The notes under the pieces: model-generated | The model's input: only the letters and a program-made list of their open reading frames with translations | Database searches by the model: none | Told to the model about the DNA's origin: nothing | Part shown: positions 12,050 through 26,100 of the stretch, piece by piece | How the letters are laid out: each line of letters opens with the position of its first letter | Numbering within the stretch: the stretch's first letter is position 1 | Assembly: GCA_011109175.1 (NCBI GenBank) | Contig: RDEW01000060.1 | Location: forward strand, 155,933-219,932 | Length of the DNA stretch: 64,000 nt | Source: Dicyema japonicum | Lineage: Eukaryota > Animalia > Dicyemida | Reading direction: 5' to 3' | Program-made: the position numbers and the translations under genes

Positions 12050-13910
12050 TATGCCAAAGGAAGAAGATTCAGGAATGAGGACGACGCTTCAGCTTTTGAA
12101 GCTGAGGCCAACACTAAGGTACCTTTTGGGCCCGGGGCACATAACGTGTCACGGGTCATTCCTAAGGTTTTGGATTCAATAGTACTAGTCTCGGAGTCCC
12201 TCTGGACTTCGTAGATGATATTGTAGTCGAACACATCAAAAACAACTCCACAAGCAAGGGGAGGAGACTCTTGACCATGAAGGTCAGGCTTTGCTCTAGA
12301 GTAGAGGCAGAGAAGATCTAAATTGCGGCGGTCTAAATTCGCGGAAGGCCTGCCAATCAAAAGTCAGGTGTCTCAAGTGCGTGAACTTTGGCGAGGAAGG
12401 ACACAGGGCGAGCCATTCAAGATGTTCCCTGTATCAAAAGGCTACGGAGAAGGTACTATACGGGAGAAGCAGGCAGCCTTTTCTGTAAGCGCTATCTATT
12501 GTATGGTAAAAGGATATCCAAACGCGCTTAGGAATATTGCGTTGTGCTACAGAAAGGAAATGCGCCGATGGTATTTTTCAAATTTTCTGATGGAAGAAGA
12601 TCGGTCTCAAAGTCAAGACTTAAAAAATAATTGTTTTTATTATTTTAAATAAATTCTTTGTTAAATCTAGCAATTGATATTTTGTTACCATGGAAACACG
12701 TAAATAAACAGGTTGCGCATCAAGCCACCCATGTAACATAATATTCTACCACATTTTCTGTACTAATCTAACATCACGACTTGTTTCCCATACCACGAAA
12801 GTGTTGGCGTTAAAATCCCCGGACACCAACAATTTTTCCACATTTCTAGGTCTGCCAAATCAACGGAAAATCCTTTGGCACAGTCGACTAAGTGAAAAAA
12901 GGTTGAATTATGTTTTATTTGCAATATTTTAAGATTCATTAATGGCACGAATGATCGAATTATGACGCTAACGTATTAAATTCAGATTTTTTCAGATATT
13001 TATATTTGTGTAGTAGGCCATCAAGGATATTTCAGGCATCCGCAAGCCGGTCCTCCAGCAGTTTCTACAGATAAAAATTACTTATACATCAATCTCTCCA
13101 AAATTTGGGATATCTAAGGAAGAGATCTCATTCTCATAGACCAGTTCAAATTTGATAGCATCATCAGGAATACTGGTTGTTAAATGAGATCACAAAATTT
13201 CAGATCTGACTTGTTTAAAAAATTCAACAGCGTCAGAAACGATCTTATTCTTATTAATCAACTCCTTTAGTCCGCTAATTTTCTGCACTCGACTCAACCG
13301 GGGAGTTCAAAGTCGATTCCCCATACTTGATTTCGACAGTTCCTCAAACGAGCAAAAAAGCTCATGTCAAATTCAACTTCTAAAAAATTCTAGAAAAATT
13401 TTTACTTTTCTGGATTATTCTTCATTCAAATAAGGCGACTATGATTCTCTCGAATTATTGACGATTACTCTTTCTGGAGTCATCTAGTAAATCCTGTTGA
13501 TATCTTCCTCCAGATGGGCTATTTTCTCCTATTTGTGACTGAAATAGTATATTTAATCGTCCAATTTGTTTATATCTGATTCCAATCATCAGAGTTCCTT
13601 AGTGCTTTCTTCCCCTGCAGAGTCTGTTAGTTTTTTCCAACTCTTTTTCTGAGATATCAAGTATATCCTTAATTGAAAATCTCAGTTTACCTTAATTGTC
13701 GGTGTATCTACTGCATTTAATGAGGTGATAAGCCAATGGAGAACATTTATCATGTTTGCACGGTTTTCAGGGCTGTCAGGATTAAAAAAGTTGTTGATTG
13801 TAAGACGATATGGGGAGCCAAGTAGGTTAAAGGTGGAAATAATCTGTTTTTATTTCCTGTTGATCAAACCCGGGATATTTTCTAAAGCCCCCAATATAAA
13901 TTTAATATAG
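12050..13910 (-). mobile_element. Old, heavily decayed APE-RT LINE remnants
   Basis: LNIGG...PTWL (APE start), AFDT, KTLGMT motifs across frames; many stops. Confidence 0.45.
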
Positions 13911-14449
13911 TAGGGCAAAAATGTACGTTGAAAAATGTCTCGGAGGCCTGCAGTTGTTTGTGTCACTCAGAATTCGCTCAGAATAGTTCGGAAAATAATT
14001 TTTCTTTAGCAACTATGATTTTTTAAATTACAAAACCTGCTTAATTTCTATTTGTTTGTTTGACATCAACACCACTACAACAACACAAAAAAACAATTTT
14101 ATTTAAATAAACTAAAAAATAATTTCAAATTATATACTCAACTAGATGAGGATACTATTTGTTGGAGTAGCTCTTTAGCTAGCCCTCTATGTCTGCTTGG
14201 AATGCCGATGGGGTAGGATGGCTGACAGGAATGGACTAAGTCCGCCGTAATGGAGATGAATTTCCTCACTACGTCATGATAAGCATGACTGTCATGTGGG
14301 CTATCGAAGACACCGAGTTTATTTTTTTTCTGGAACCTATTGTACTTTACAGATGTGAAGGTAAGCTGCCTGATGGCATAGCAACCATGCCATGTAGTCA
14401 AGGGAAGTGTCTTGCTTGGGATTAAATGTAGTATCATACAGATCCTGGT

Positions 14450-14710
14450 GACCTTAGAATTATCAGCTAATCCGAAGCACTAGGTCGTCCGCTTGTGGGC
14501 CAGGACTTCAGACATCTCAAAAGAGACAAGCAAATGATCCGATAACTTCTTTTCTGACACTCGGCTTGGTTAGAAGCAACCCAGGGTCTGACTCTGAAAC
14601 GCCCAATTTTGTGGGAGAGTATCAACAACCGTAGCATCCCAAACCGGGTTACAGATATTATCGAACTGGAAGGTCGTCATCCCGTGGGGGCGTTTGCCAG
14701 AAAGAAACGT
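14450..14710 (-). mobile_element. Decayed CRE-like RLE fragment
   Basis: GKRPHGMT...VWDATVVDTL resembles the CRE motif RPDGxT...WDxTxxD. Confidence 0.6.
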
Positions 14711-15089
14711 TCGGTAAATATATTAATTTTTCCGTAAATCACAACTAGTGTGGCTAATAAGTGTGGCAATCACAACATGACACACCTATCATTTTTGTTA
14801 TTTGACATATTTTATCATGATTACTTTTTTCGATTTAGTTTATAACATTACACAATATAATCTTGCATTTTTTAACAAATTTTGTATTAATTATCTTTAT
14901 GAATTTCAAATGAATATGATTGATTATCTACTATATTTGAAAATGTGGGTGGGATGATCTTATTATCGAAAAGTTTTTATTTCTTTGACAATAAGATCAG
15001 CCCACTCACAGAGAAGCTGCGTTGTATCCCAGAAGGCGCACAAGAGGATGAGAAATATGATTGAGGCTGTTGAGGTCACTTAATTTTAT

Positions 15090-15258
15090 TTATTAACCCC
15101 GTGTACACCGAGAAAGAAGTAAAAGTAAACAACTAATTAAGTGTATCCAGTTTTTCATCTACAGAAACATAGTCCATCCGGAATCAGCATAAAAGGTAGG
15201 ACGTTTATTACATGCAGTCGTGGAAACCTCTCCAGTGGAGTGGGGGAGAGCAAATGAT
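15090..15258 (-). mobile_element. Short LINE 3' fragment with stem-loop (15097-15150)
   Basis: Same tail motif as 9260-9311. Confidence 0.75.
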
Positions 15259-15304
15259 CTTTTTTTGGTCACTTAATTAATTAAGTAATTAAATTAACTA
15301 TTCG

Positions 15305-15650
15305 TGTTATTATTATTATTAAAAAACCAAAAATCACTGACAAATTAAATAACTACATAGCCGTCAGGTGATTCCGGCCGCCTCGAGTAGCCATCACATT
15401 CTTGTTCGGTGTTCTTCCCAAGTTCCGGATTGGGCGGGGGTTTCTAACTTTATTGGAGGGTAGTAAGGCTCTGGTTTTCCTCACTAATTCCTCAAAAGGT
15501 GTAGGGTTTAGAGGTGTTCAAAAAAACCTTTGCAAAGCCTTACTGGCCATTTTTGGAAGGTATTGATTTTTTGCTATATTCCTGTTTGATAGGTTGGTTC
15601 CCCATGTAACACACCCGTAAGTTAGAGACGGTTGAATATACTGCACATAT
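15305..15650 (-). mobile_element. 5'-truncated copy of the same LINE family with stem-loop tail
   Basis: Matches 51825-52165; stem aatcac-c-tgac...gtca-gtgatt followed by (TAA)n. Confidence 0.85.
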
Positions 15651-15820
15651 TGGGTTAATAATACAAATAAATCTAGCGTGGTCCCACTATAAAAACATAT
15701 TTTCTAATTTAAATTATACACACTATTTACTAAATCTAAAATAACTAAAATTTATTTTGTTACACTACGAGTAGACCTATATGTGTTTGCCTGTGTGTTT
15801 TATGGGTAGCAACGTGAGTC

Positions 15821-16039
15821 GCCAAGCGTATATAACGACGGCGCTTTTTGATCCTTCGATGTTAGCACTTTCTTTCACTGTGAAGCATAACTCGCAAAGT
15901 GTAGTTTGCTCACCGATATAAGGAAACGTATCCTGAGTATAAACAATCGTGAGATTGGCTAGTTTTACAGTATCGATTTGGTGTCATTACAACTGTAATC
16001 CTGGAAATTAGGTGAGGAACGGTAGATTCAGACATTTGG
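15821..16039 (+). pseudogene. Decayed fragment of eukaryotic LSU (28S) rRNA, domain V region
   Basis: gccaagcg...gctttttgatccttcgatgt...tcgtgaga...tagttttac...gtaatcctg...gaggaac...ttcagacatttgg are collinear with canonical 28S, with many substitutions in conserved positions. Confidence 0.85.
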
Positions 16040-18239
16040 AACGAGAATTTCATTATTTGAATAATCCAGTCATATGACTTCCGATGCTCAGTTTGATACT
16101 AAAATGTTAAATATGAGCTAACTTTCTGCGAATAAATCCGCACAAGAATTAAAATTTGCTATTATTTTTGCCAAAACGACTAGCCACACCACACACGTTA
16201 GTTCTTTTTAACAACTCAGTTTAACGAGGGATATTATTTTGAGGGAATATGCTTGAGTATTTTTTTCTCCCAATTTAAGTATTTTTTTACTCCTAGATTC
16301 AATACTTACTCGATTGTGTAGGATAAATTGGAAATTTTCATCACGACAACTACAAGCAATTCACCGAGAGGTAAATTCAAGAGACCGTGGGTGGGTTCTT
16401 GCTAGAAGATGTTGAAGTTTTGATTTGAATTTACAGAGATGAATTTATCGGCTACCAGCATGGACTGTACACAACCACTCCCAACCATAATCTAATAATA
16501 AAATCTAATAGTATAACAATAATAACAAGAAAGACAGAAAATCGCAATTTTTAAAATGAAAATATCAAAAAATTAAATTTTTTTATTATTAATAACTAAA
16601 AGAATATGACTGGGTTTATTGTGCCATTCCACGCAAAATACTAATTATTACAATCGGTAAGAGTAAAATGCCTTGTTTTTCCAATGATAGTGGGGCGAAT
16701 AAGTCAAGGCAACCCTAAGTAAAATGTTTCGGAAATATTACAAAGAAAACTGTTTTTGTCAATATTTTTTCGAGATAGTTTTCATATCTTATATACTAAT
16801 GAAAATAAAATAATTATGCAATTTTGAATATCCAATTATTATGCAAAAGATTTAATAGATTTTCGGACAAACTTATGCAAGGAATTTGTGGTCTTATAGA
16901 GTTTCGAAATTTTGTGTAAGAAACTAAATACGACCATGTGTATACATTTGGTTCCCTTAGTTTTTTATGAGACAGATTTCCATAAAGGAAATAAAAAATT
17001 GATTTGATCGCGCAAACAAGCTTTATATCCAAAATTTACATCCAACAAAAATAGATAAGATCCAAAATTTTACATCCAAAAAATCACTGGATGTTCTAGG
17101 TCCATGCTTTTCCAGTGGGGATAAGTTTTTATTTATTTTTGTCAAAGTTTGAACATTAATGATCTGCATTTCTGTATCATCTTGAAACTTTATTTGATTG
17201 AATAGCTAACATGTCAAGAAAACCGGTGATTCTATTTGTGGACAAAAAAGATATTCTACTGAGATGGTGAAACAATGGATATTAAGATCTCGATAAGCCG
17301 TTTAGACCCAGCACGTGAAGAAATGTAAATTATCAAATTACATAAATTAAGCAATACTGGGAATGTATGATTGTGTCAGTGAATAAAAATTTGTCTTCCA
17401 ATTTATGTTGAACTTGGAGTCTCCCTTGATGCCAATGACTTAAAGAACAATTTATAGTGATTACTTATGGAAAATGCAATAGCAAATACGATGAATACAT
17501 CAGTCAAGGATTCTATGAATTTAGGATAAAAAAGGATTCGTCGAAATTATATTTGTATAAAATAGGACAATAAGTTTTTTGAACAATCAAAATGTAGCCA
17601 AGCGAATTTATGTTTTACAATGGATTTATATTTTTTAATCAAAATGATTTTTTTGAATTTTATTACAGAATTCGATAAATGAGGAAATAGTCACTATCTC
17701 ATATTTGTTAAAATGTAAGTTGTTTTTATAATCAAAACTGAACTATTTGTCAAATAATGTTTAGAAAAAAATGTAATTATTGAGAGAATCAAGAATTAAT
17801 GTTTTATTTGAATTAATGTTTTCAATGACAAAACTTTGCAATTTTTGTATATCAACGGTAAATGAATTTGAATATGACAGACCTCGAATTGTTTACAAGC
17901 ATTAAAGCGAAAGGTCCTGTCCATCATATCTGAGTGCTAGTTACATTGAATTTAGAGTTTATCAAAATGAATGCTTGAGATTGTAACTTTCAAAGATTTT
18001 TTAAAATGTGATGTTTTAAAGAAATGTAATTATTGAGAGAAGTGTTTTTGATTGAATCTGCATTAAACTGAATTAATGTTTGAAAAATGTGTCAACGTCA
18101 TAGAAAAATGTTTTTGTCAATATTTTCTCAATTTTGGTTTGCCTTATATATTAATGATTATTTAATAATTATACAAAATTGATTATCTAATTATTATACA
18201 ATGTTTTCAACAATTAAAATAATTTTCAAAAAATTAAAA

Positions 18240-18870
18240 TTTAATAATCTATTTTTATAGGCAAAAAAAAGCAAAACATTTGTTAGCTGCTCCCCTCACT
18301 GCGTGACTGATCCTTTCAGAATTGAGCGAAATTCGCTCAAACAGCCAGCAGCATTCGCGGAGATCTCCAGTGCATAAGGTGATCTGATTTCCAAGATGTC
18401 CGAAAAACTCTAGTGTTAAGGGAAAGTAAGATCCGGAAGTCTCCATAGCAAAGTGAACAAATTGGACATTATCGGCAAGGTCACCGTATTTTTCTAGTTT
18501 GACCTTCTCCGCCTTGACGGCTGCAGAACAGGCCCTTGAAGCGCACTCGTGAAGATTGTTCGGGGCGAACATGTCTCTACATGCTACGTCCAAAACAAGA
18601 GGTTTTCCGGCCTCAATGGATATATAGTCATCCCGTCCGGTCGGTTCCAGTCACTTCTGCATAACCAGACTGGTTCAAGAATGGGCGAGTATCCAGCAGC
18701 ATTACAGCCCGCTTGACAATCTCATTCAGAGCCTTGTGCCTTGGAGATCTGCCAGCGCACTTCTTGCAGGCGAGAGGGTGCAGGCCATAAAGTCTATCAG
18801 GATGCCACATCGGCACGTGTGAGGTGCACATACTTTCAGTCCAGCCGCAGAGAGATATTCCATCTATCTT
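18240..18870 (-). mobile_element. CRE-clade non-LTR retrotransposon 3' fragment (RLE domain)
   Basis: GLHPLACKKCAGRSPRHKALNEIVKRA and AVKAEKVKLEKYGDL...FAMETSG...LFERIS; GC-richer than the flanks. Confidence 0.85.
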
Positions 18871-19049
18871 TAAGAGGATGGAATTTTTTGATGCTAAGAA
18901 AACAAAGAGATCGACTATAAAAAAATTTAATAATTTTCTCAAGAAACTTTTGTTCAATTTCCACTTTATACAATCAGCTCCCAAGTGGAGTACGCCTGTG
19001 TTTCCTGAGCTACTGAAATCTCGATCTCAAGTTTCAGCACTATAAATTG

Positions 19050-20628
19050 TCTATGAAGGGAAATTGTCCGGAAACAAATATCTCTACAATATTTTTAACC
19101 AGTCGCCGTAGAAACATCATGACTAATCGAAAGTTGATCACCAACCTTGTTGAACCGTGGTGAGATAATAACTTAAAAATTTTCGAGTAATACAACGAAT
19201 ATTTTGATATTTTCTGTTTTACATTAAAAAGCATTTTTATAAGACTGGAATTATCGCCATTATTTTATCATTGTTCTTAGATATTATTCTCCAAAATCGT
19301 TGAAAATGGTGCAAATCGTAAAAGGAACATGTATTTAGCTAATGAATAAATAACTTAATCTACAAAGTATTGTGTCTTTTCATCACCCATGACAATCTAA
19401 CAAGACGGACATATGTTTCTTTAGCCTCATACCAAAATTTTCTAAAAAGACGATCATACTTGCTGTTTGCTTTAATTTTGTTTATGGTTTTAGTAACTAT
19501 ATTTAACGTTTCATTTAGAATTGGCGAAAGAGCTTTGTGAAACCAATTGTCGTCTATGTAAAACGCAATATATATGAATCACATTTGGACATATTTTTTG
19601 AAATATGCCGCAAATCTTTTATATTTTCCAACCATAGACATTCACCATCTGTGGCACAAACCAAATTTTCATCTGAAATCTTCTTGTCAACCAAAAATAA
19701 TTAGACTACGGAAAAATAGAAAATCCAGTCGTATCAGTTTCCAAATATTCGACTTATAATAAATTTTCTGTAAGAAGAGCATGATCGTCAAAATATCTTA
19801 TATGGTGAGTTTCTAATAAGATTAACCTGACATATCCCATTAGAATTGATTGGTTGTCACGTATATGACTTTCGTCAATATGAATCGAAAAAATAGTTTT
19901 TTTAAGTATTTCACATAAAATATGTTCAACATTATCTGACATTTCGTCAAACCTGCGGCGAATTGAATCATTGCTAATTGGTACGGATTTTAAAATTTCG
20001 TCGGGATTTAAACTTATCAGATGTTTATGAGATTTTACCAGAAACATGGGAACTCTCATTTTTGGCAATATCATTGCAATTTTATAGGATGCAATTAGTC
20101 CTCCTAAATATAATTTAAATATCAACAACTATTGTTTTTTTTATTTATTTAACCCAAGACCACGGTATAACAAAACTAATTGTCACGTGATCCCGATGCA
20201 TTCTAACTATTGTTTCTTTTCATTACTATTTGTAAAAACAGTGTCAATCGTTTTTTGTTTACGAAAAGAATCTTTAATTTTCAAATACTCTAATGGTTTA
20301 TCTTTTTTATCCGAATGTAAACCAATATGGTCTATTATCAAAAGAATTTTTTATAAATCCAAATGTCAATATTCATTTTTATATTGACGAATTTTTAATG
20401 TAGAAGGACGACTCATACACGAACAAAAACAAGCATGGTAATTTTAAAAATTTTAAAGAACAAAGGTTTACCAATTTAAAAATAAACTAACTTAATTTAA
20501 AATGAAAAAATTAAATGAATTAAATTTATTTTTGACCTTCAAGTATTTCATTTTCGACCATCTTACGATCGATCTGGATTGATTTTAGACCCCTGGGGGT
20601 CGAATCGACCCCAGGTTGAGAACCGCTG
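19050..20628 (-). mobile_element. Degenerate hAT Buster (ZBED5/SCAND3-like) transposon with intact 5' TIR
   Basis: TIR CAGCGGTTCTCAACCTGGGGTCG on the minus strand ending at 20628, flanked by atctatac (central TA, as in Buster target sites). Peptides include VPISNDSIRRRFDEMSDNVE...FSIHIDES and DKKDKPLEY. Confidence 0.85.
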
Positions 20629-23256
20629 ATCTATACTTCATCTAGACCGTGGGACCCTTTTCATCTACGATTACATTATTGTGTACGCTCCACGTTTACA
20701 TAGTCAACCGAATTCAACCTACCGACTGTCCTAGATAAGACCTTAAGGACGCCTCAAGACGGGAAAGTAGAAATAGTCATTACTACCAAAAAATGTTGCT
20801 AAAAGTGGAACTGGATATGTGAAAGAACGCTTTTCTCTTAAACAAATAATCAAGCAATGTGTCTCAAGAGTATGCTCGGCCGTCTTGATGGTCGAGAGAT
20901 AAAAAACGAACAAAATACGCTTTCCTATCCGACGATGTTATGTTCGTTCCATTACTCACGCAATACAATCGTTCATGGCACTACTTCAACACCTCTCCAG
21001 CCTTCCTTTGCGAAGACATTTCATATCCACCATCCTGCCAAATATACAAGGACACGGTGACGAATTAATATGATGTAAATGCAGAATCAGCTGTGGTTTA
21101 GTGGTAAAGAATTGGAAAATTTTTCCAACTCCTAGAGAATTAAGGCCAAATGAGATGAGTTGTTCACTTACTGTATTTTTTAAATTTTATCCCCAATATG
21201 TTAAGAAGGACACAAGAGATCCATTTTGTTTTGCAACAATGAAAATTCTCGTATTTGTGTGGGTCACTCTGTTGTAGAAATTTCAAGTTTTGGATTTTTT
21301 GTTTCCCCTGATTACAATGTTTTAGGGAGTCAATTGAGATTTCTTGTAAACCAAATAAGCTTTAAATTAACTGAGGTTAGGTATAGTTTATGCAAAATCT
21401 GTAGATGGTCCTTTTTGATAAAATAAAAACATAATCGTCGATCCAAAAATTAAAATCGGGATGCATCAGTGCCATATTCAAATAATCCCATACTCTAGTG
21501 GAACAGTGATTTGTGGTTGAGGAAAAAGGGGTGAAATAATGGCCATCAAACAAAATCTTTGCCGTAAAATATTGTGTAATGATTTTATAATTAATGTTAT
21601 CGAAAAATTACGCAACTTGTTATTATGGGCTTCTCAAGACGCTGAATGTACGAGTTAGAGATGTTACACCATTTTATCCTGAATATACCAATTTTCATTA
21701 AAAATGTCGACAATGCTCCAATAAATTTTTTGTATAATTTCGTTATTAAATCATGAATTTTGGAATTGAAGAAGCTGGTTATGAAAAGATTACAGAATAT
21801 GTAGAAAATGTTTGTTCGATCAAGAGTTCTGTAAGAGTTTTGAAACATGTTTGATTTACTTTTGAATATGTATGAAGATAGTCCTCATACTATTCTCTGT
21901 TTACGTTTTTAAGTAGAAAAAATATTAAGAATTTGAGGATAGCGATAGGCGATCGTTTATTTGAAAGTGAGCTTTATATTAAATGTTGCGTAACTTTGAA
22001 ATTACATAATTAAACTGCCAATAATTTATATATATCAAACGGAGGTTCCAATGAGCTTCAAGCAAGTGAGTGTGACTAGAAGTTTAAGAGATTGTTGAAA
22101 GACTTTTCGTTTATCGAACCAGTCGTCTCTAATCAATCCCATACAATTTGAACAAATTCAAGTGAGATTACCTTTTACAGTTAAAGAAGTATTAATCTAA
22201 CAATCTATTTGCTTTCCGAAAGGCAGTTGATACTCATTCGAGTCCATCCATATCACTATTTCCACATTATGGATTTTAGATGGATTCGCTTAGAATCCAC
22301 AACTTTATAACGACTCCGTTATTTTTTAAAACCCTAATAGTTATTTTTATATTTTCGAGTGTTGTGAATAAGGATAATGTGGAAAACTGCAAAAGAGATT
22401 TTTTGAAACAAAATAAGAGCAGTCTGTTACTTTGGAACAAACGATTCACTCTTCCGGTCCACTACGGAACCCCTCACCAACGTTGAATTTCACGATTGAG
22501 GATGGACCAAACTTCAGTGGTCCGGGAATCCTTTTCCAAGAATTTAGCACTCCTTGCATATCTATTTTCTTGAGATTAAATCAGCTGCTGATCAAGATGA
22601 TTCTTCACTTTACAGATTCTGCAGAAATCAGAGATATTAAGCATTTGAAAGTCAAACTAAGAGAGACCTTAACTAGTCTCTCCGAATTTAAACCAGACTA
22701 GAACGTCTGTATGGTTACTAAAAAAACGTGGTGAGTTGTTGAATTAATACTCTCCCTATCGTTGGGATCCACCTTGACGACGATTTGTTTCGACTTTGTC
22801 TGCAATCTTCTATGATCGTCCAAAAGTAGGAAGGTTTGATCTCAAATTTGCGAGCATACTTCTGGTAGGCAAGAAACTCATCTTCAAGGGGGCTACCAGA
22901 AGATCGCACCATTTTCGAGAATTTTTGTTGTTGGTCGCCGAGATATTCAATAACTTTTTTGAGATCTAGTGTGTTCCTCATTTCTGACGTAGGCGTCAAT
23001 CTGTCACATGTGTCCACATGATGTTTGAACGTGACGGGTCATATGTAACTCCAAGGATTGATGGGTTCTTATTAACTGGGATAGGCCATCAATTCAAGTT
23101 AATCTAGGATCGAAGGCCTTTTATTCAAAACCTGAATAAGTTCGCGGGTTATTAACTATTTCGAAATAGAAATTATATAAATTTGAATTACCATATAAAA
23201 ATATAAATATGTATAAATTGGAGTTTTAAAAAATAAATGAAAATCAGGAGCAGATA

Positions 23257-23320
23257 TCCTAGTGATTAGTGTTATCCCTCGCGTCTCACATAGCCGTGAG
23301 TTCGTTCCTCACATCAGGAT
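23257..23320 (+). tRNA. tRNA-Asp-like pseudogene (anticodon arm damaged)
   Basis: Perfect T arm GTGAG-TTCGTTC-CTCAC, partial acceptor pairing TCCTAGT/ATCAGGA, and TATCCCTCGC similar to Asp tRNAs. It is about 8 nt too short. Confidence 0.5.
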
Positions 23321-23719
23321 GAGAGTGATTTTCAGCTTTTTGACGGAAACATATGTCTCTAATATTAAATAACGGAAAACCATTTGTTGTTTTTGGTCAT
23401 AAGGTTAATCTCTCAATATAAATGCATCTCTTAGATTATAGAAATGATGGAATCTATGTATCAAGTTTCTTTAGGTACAAAAATTGGAGAATGTTATATT
23501 TTTATTCCTTCTCTTCATTAGCCTTGCGTCATTAATCCGCACATGTAAAAAAGCACTTAATGCTTGAACATCAAGCATCAAAAGGGATCATTTATTATTT
23601 AAATAAATTATTATTTTAAATAAATAAATTAGTAAATAAATAATAATTCCATAGACACACTTTCGTGCTTCGTTACTTTTTCATTCGTTTTAGAGCTATT
23701 TCTACGTTAAAATTGACAA

Positions 23720-23860
23720 CTTTTTATGGGAGAGTGTTAAATTTTCCAAGTGTAGAAATGTCTATAAAACATATTCCCCAAAGGAAATTTTCAGAATTAG
23801 TAAAACTATAACCATTTAGTATTGATACAATGCTAGGTAGAATTGACAACATGTCCTTTG
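23720..23860 (+). mobile_element. Small hAT Buster transposase remnant
   Basis: Translates ...PFSIDTMLGRIDNMS, similar to the Buster PLSxDTxxRRIDxMS motif. Confidence 0.5.
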
Positions 23861-25249
23861 TTACATTTAAAATCATTAAATTCGACACAAGATTTTTAAT
23901 TTTAACAAATTTAAATCATATCTAAAAAACTAATATTGAAGTCTCTGCAATTGATTATGCAATAGTCATGGTCAGCAAATATTGTGCATTTATGAAGTTT
24001 TATAATAAATAAAAAACTGTCAAAATGTCTTTGCTTTTATCTATTTGCGATTTTTTGTAAAATCTGATATTTTTGATAATCCATATTCGTACTGGTATTT
24101 GATTTTTTGATAAAATTTAAGAAAATATACTTTGATAAAGTCATATTTAATATCAAAATTTCAATTATTTATTTAACCACATGTGGTCTATTTTTTAACA
24201 ACAACAAAATTCATAGGATCTTTGAAACAGTCCTCTCTCAGACACCTCGAAAAGCCCCTAAATGTGAACTGATACCATTCCTATGAGAAGAGTAGTACCG
24301 CCTCTCCAATATTGATCCCTCACTTGTCGGTCTGGGATCACATAGCTGAGAAATATTCTCTTTCTAAACTATGAATCTTGAGCAATAAAAGTTTGACGAT
24401 ATCTTCCACAAACTGTCTATATAATATATTCTCACTTTCCGAGGTGCCATATCAGTTATAGCTCCCACAGGCAGAACACACACTTTATTTTAAGCAAAAA
24501 CAGTTATAATAGCTAATCGAGGAAAGATCAAGGAATGCTCTTCACTTCTTTGTTTTATTTTTTGGGTGTATGTCCTTTATAGACAATCCGGTTCCGCACT
24601 GAAGTTAACTGTTGATGGCGTCAATTGTCAAGCCAAAGCATATTAATGTGTGGAACCTTCAAACTGTCTATTTTCTAGTTAAAAGAGAGCAATTTGGAGT
24701 CATTTTATAAGATAGTGATTGCTTCGGTATGGACTACTGAAATCACAGGATGTCCAATTATTATGAACAGCATACATATAATGATGATTCTACACATGCA
24801 GATGATGATCGATGATCCTTCATCTCTTTCAATATTGACTGCCCGAAATTCGAGTCCAGGTCCTACCTGCATCTGAAACTTCCTTTATTCAGAACATCGG
24901 GTTTTTTATATTTCCAGAGTCCGTCACCTAGTCTGCTCACGAAAAACCAGAAGCTTTATTTAACGGGATAAGTAAAATTTTTAGAGCGATAAGCCACAAC
25001 TTCAACCTTCCGAACGTGTAATCTTAATAATTGGAAAAGCTGTCGAAATGAGTGCTCGAGTATTGATTTAGCATAGAGAGCCTTTAATCCATGAAAATCG
25101 CACCATTCTTTTATCTCTTCCATATACACATTGGGTCTTCCTCTGAGGTCATACTCGATCTCGACACATCAGACAGTAGCACGTCGTTTGTGTATATCAG
25201 ATCTCTCGTACATGGGCAACCTTTTAGACGTGAAACCGGTAATTTCAGA

Positions 25250-26100
25250 ATTTAGGGGCTACAAAATATTTTAAACAAAGTAAGGATTTATAAATTATTT
25301 TAGGCAAAAATGTGGAGGATATTCTATGAAGGAAACATATTTTTAGACTGAACAGATTCGCTTCAAGGCAGATCCTTGTAAATCTATGAATGTATTCCGA
25401 AAAATTTAAAATCACAGCGATTTTGGAAATACTAAAATATAGGGTTTCCTGAGCATTAACGTCATTCAAAAAGAAACATTGTTATATCTGGAACCTCTTT
25501 ACCACCAAGAGAGTGCTATTCCAAGTTGTATTTAAGTCATCGTTAATCCCGATAACATTTCCGTTCTAATATCGTCAAATATATCATTTTTTTAAACTTG
25601 CCTCTATATATCTTGTTTGTTAAGAGGATTTTCATCGGAAAGCGCTTTCTCGCTTTGATTTTATTTCTTCGTTTCTTTAAATCTTTTGACCTCATTATTT
25701 TAATCAGAAATATCATATTGGTTCCAAAATATGTGTATTGAAGGTTGTGTAGATCTTATAACGACGTCAAAAAATATTAGTAGAATCAACACTTTTCAAT
25801 TTCTCGTGTGACTTCATGCAGTACTCAACTCTTCGCCTCTAAATTATTAAGCACTTACATATCCTTCGACCTACAATTAAGAACTTCCGGGAATTAATAC
25901 ATAACTAATGACTACCTTGTTTCTCATCAAAGAAGAACTTTTCACCTCAAATTTTCTCCTCTCTAGATTCGAAAACAGGGTGCATCCAACAGTTCCTTTG
26001 TATATCCAATATCTCCTTAATCCATCATTTCGTCTTTCAACATGCGAAGATAAAAAACGACAAATCGATAAATATAGATGTCATGTGTGGACATACCACC
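25250..26100 (-). mobile_element. Highly decayed hAT (Ac/hobo-like) transposase
   Basis: INDDLNTTWNSTLLVVKRF resembles the hAT DxxTRWNST motif; many stops. Confidence 0.45.

Noticed and set aside
16430-16470. U6 snRNA-like ACAGAGA...AGCATGG
   Set aside because: The spacing is wrong by more than 10 nt and the flanking U6 sequence is absent; likely chance.
17200-17560. Merlin/ISXO2-like transposase N-terminus
   Set aside because: Only a vague NNGLL and W-x-C resemblance with many stops; no DDE motifs are recognisable.
21088-21115. tRNA A-box-like tggtttagtggt
   Set aside because: No B box or cloverleaf follows.
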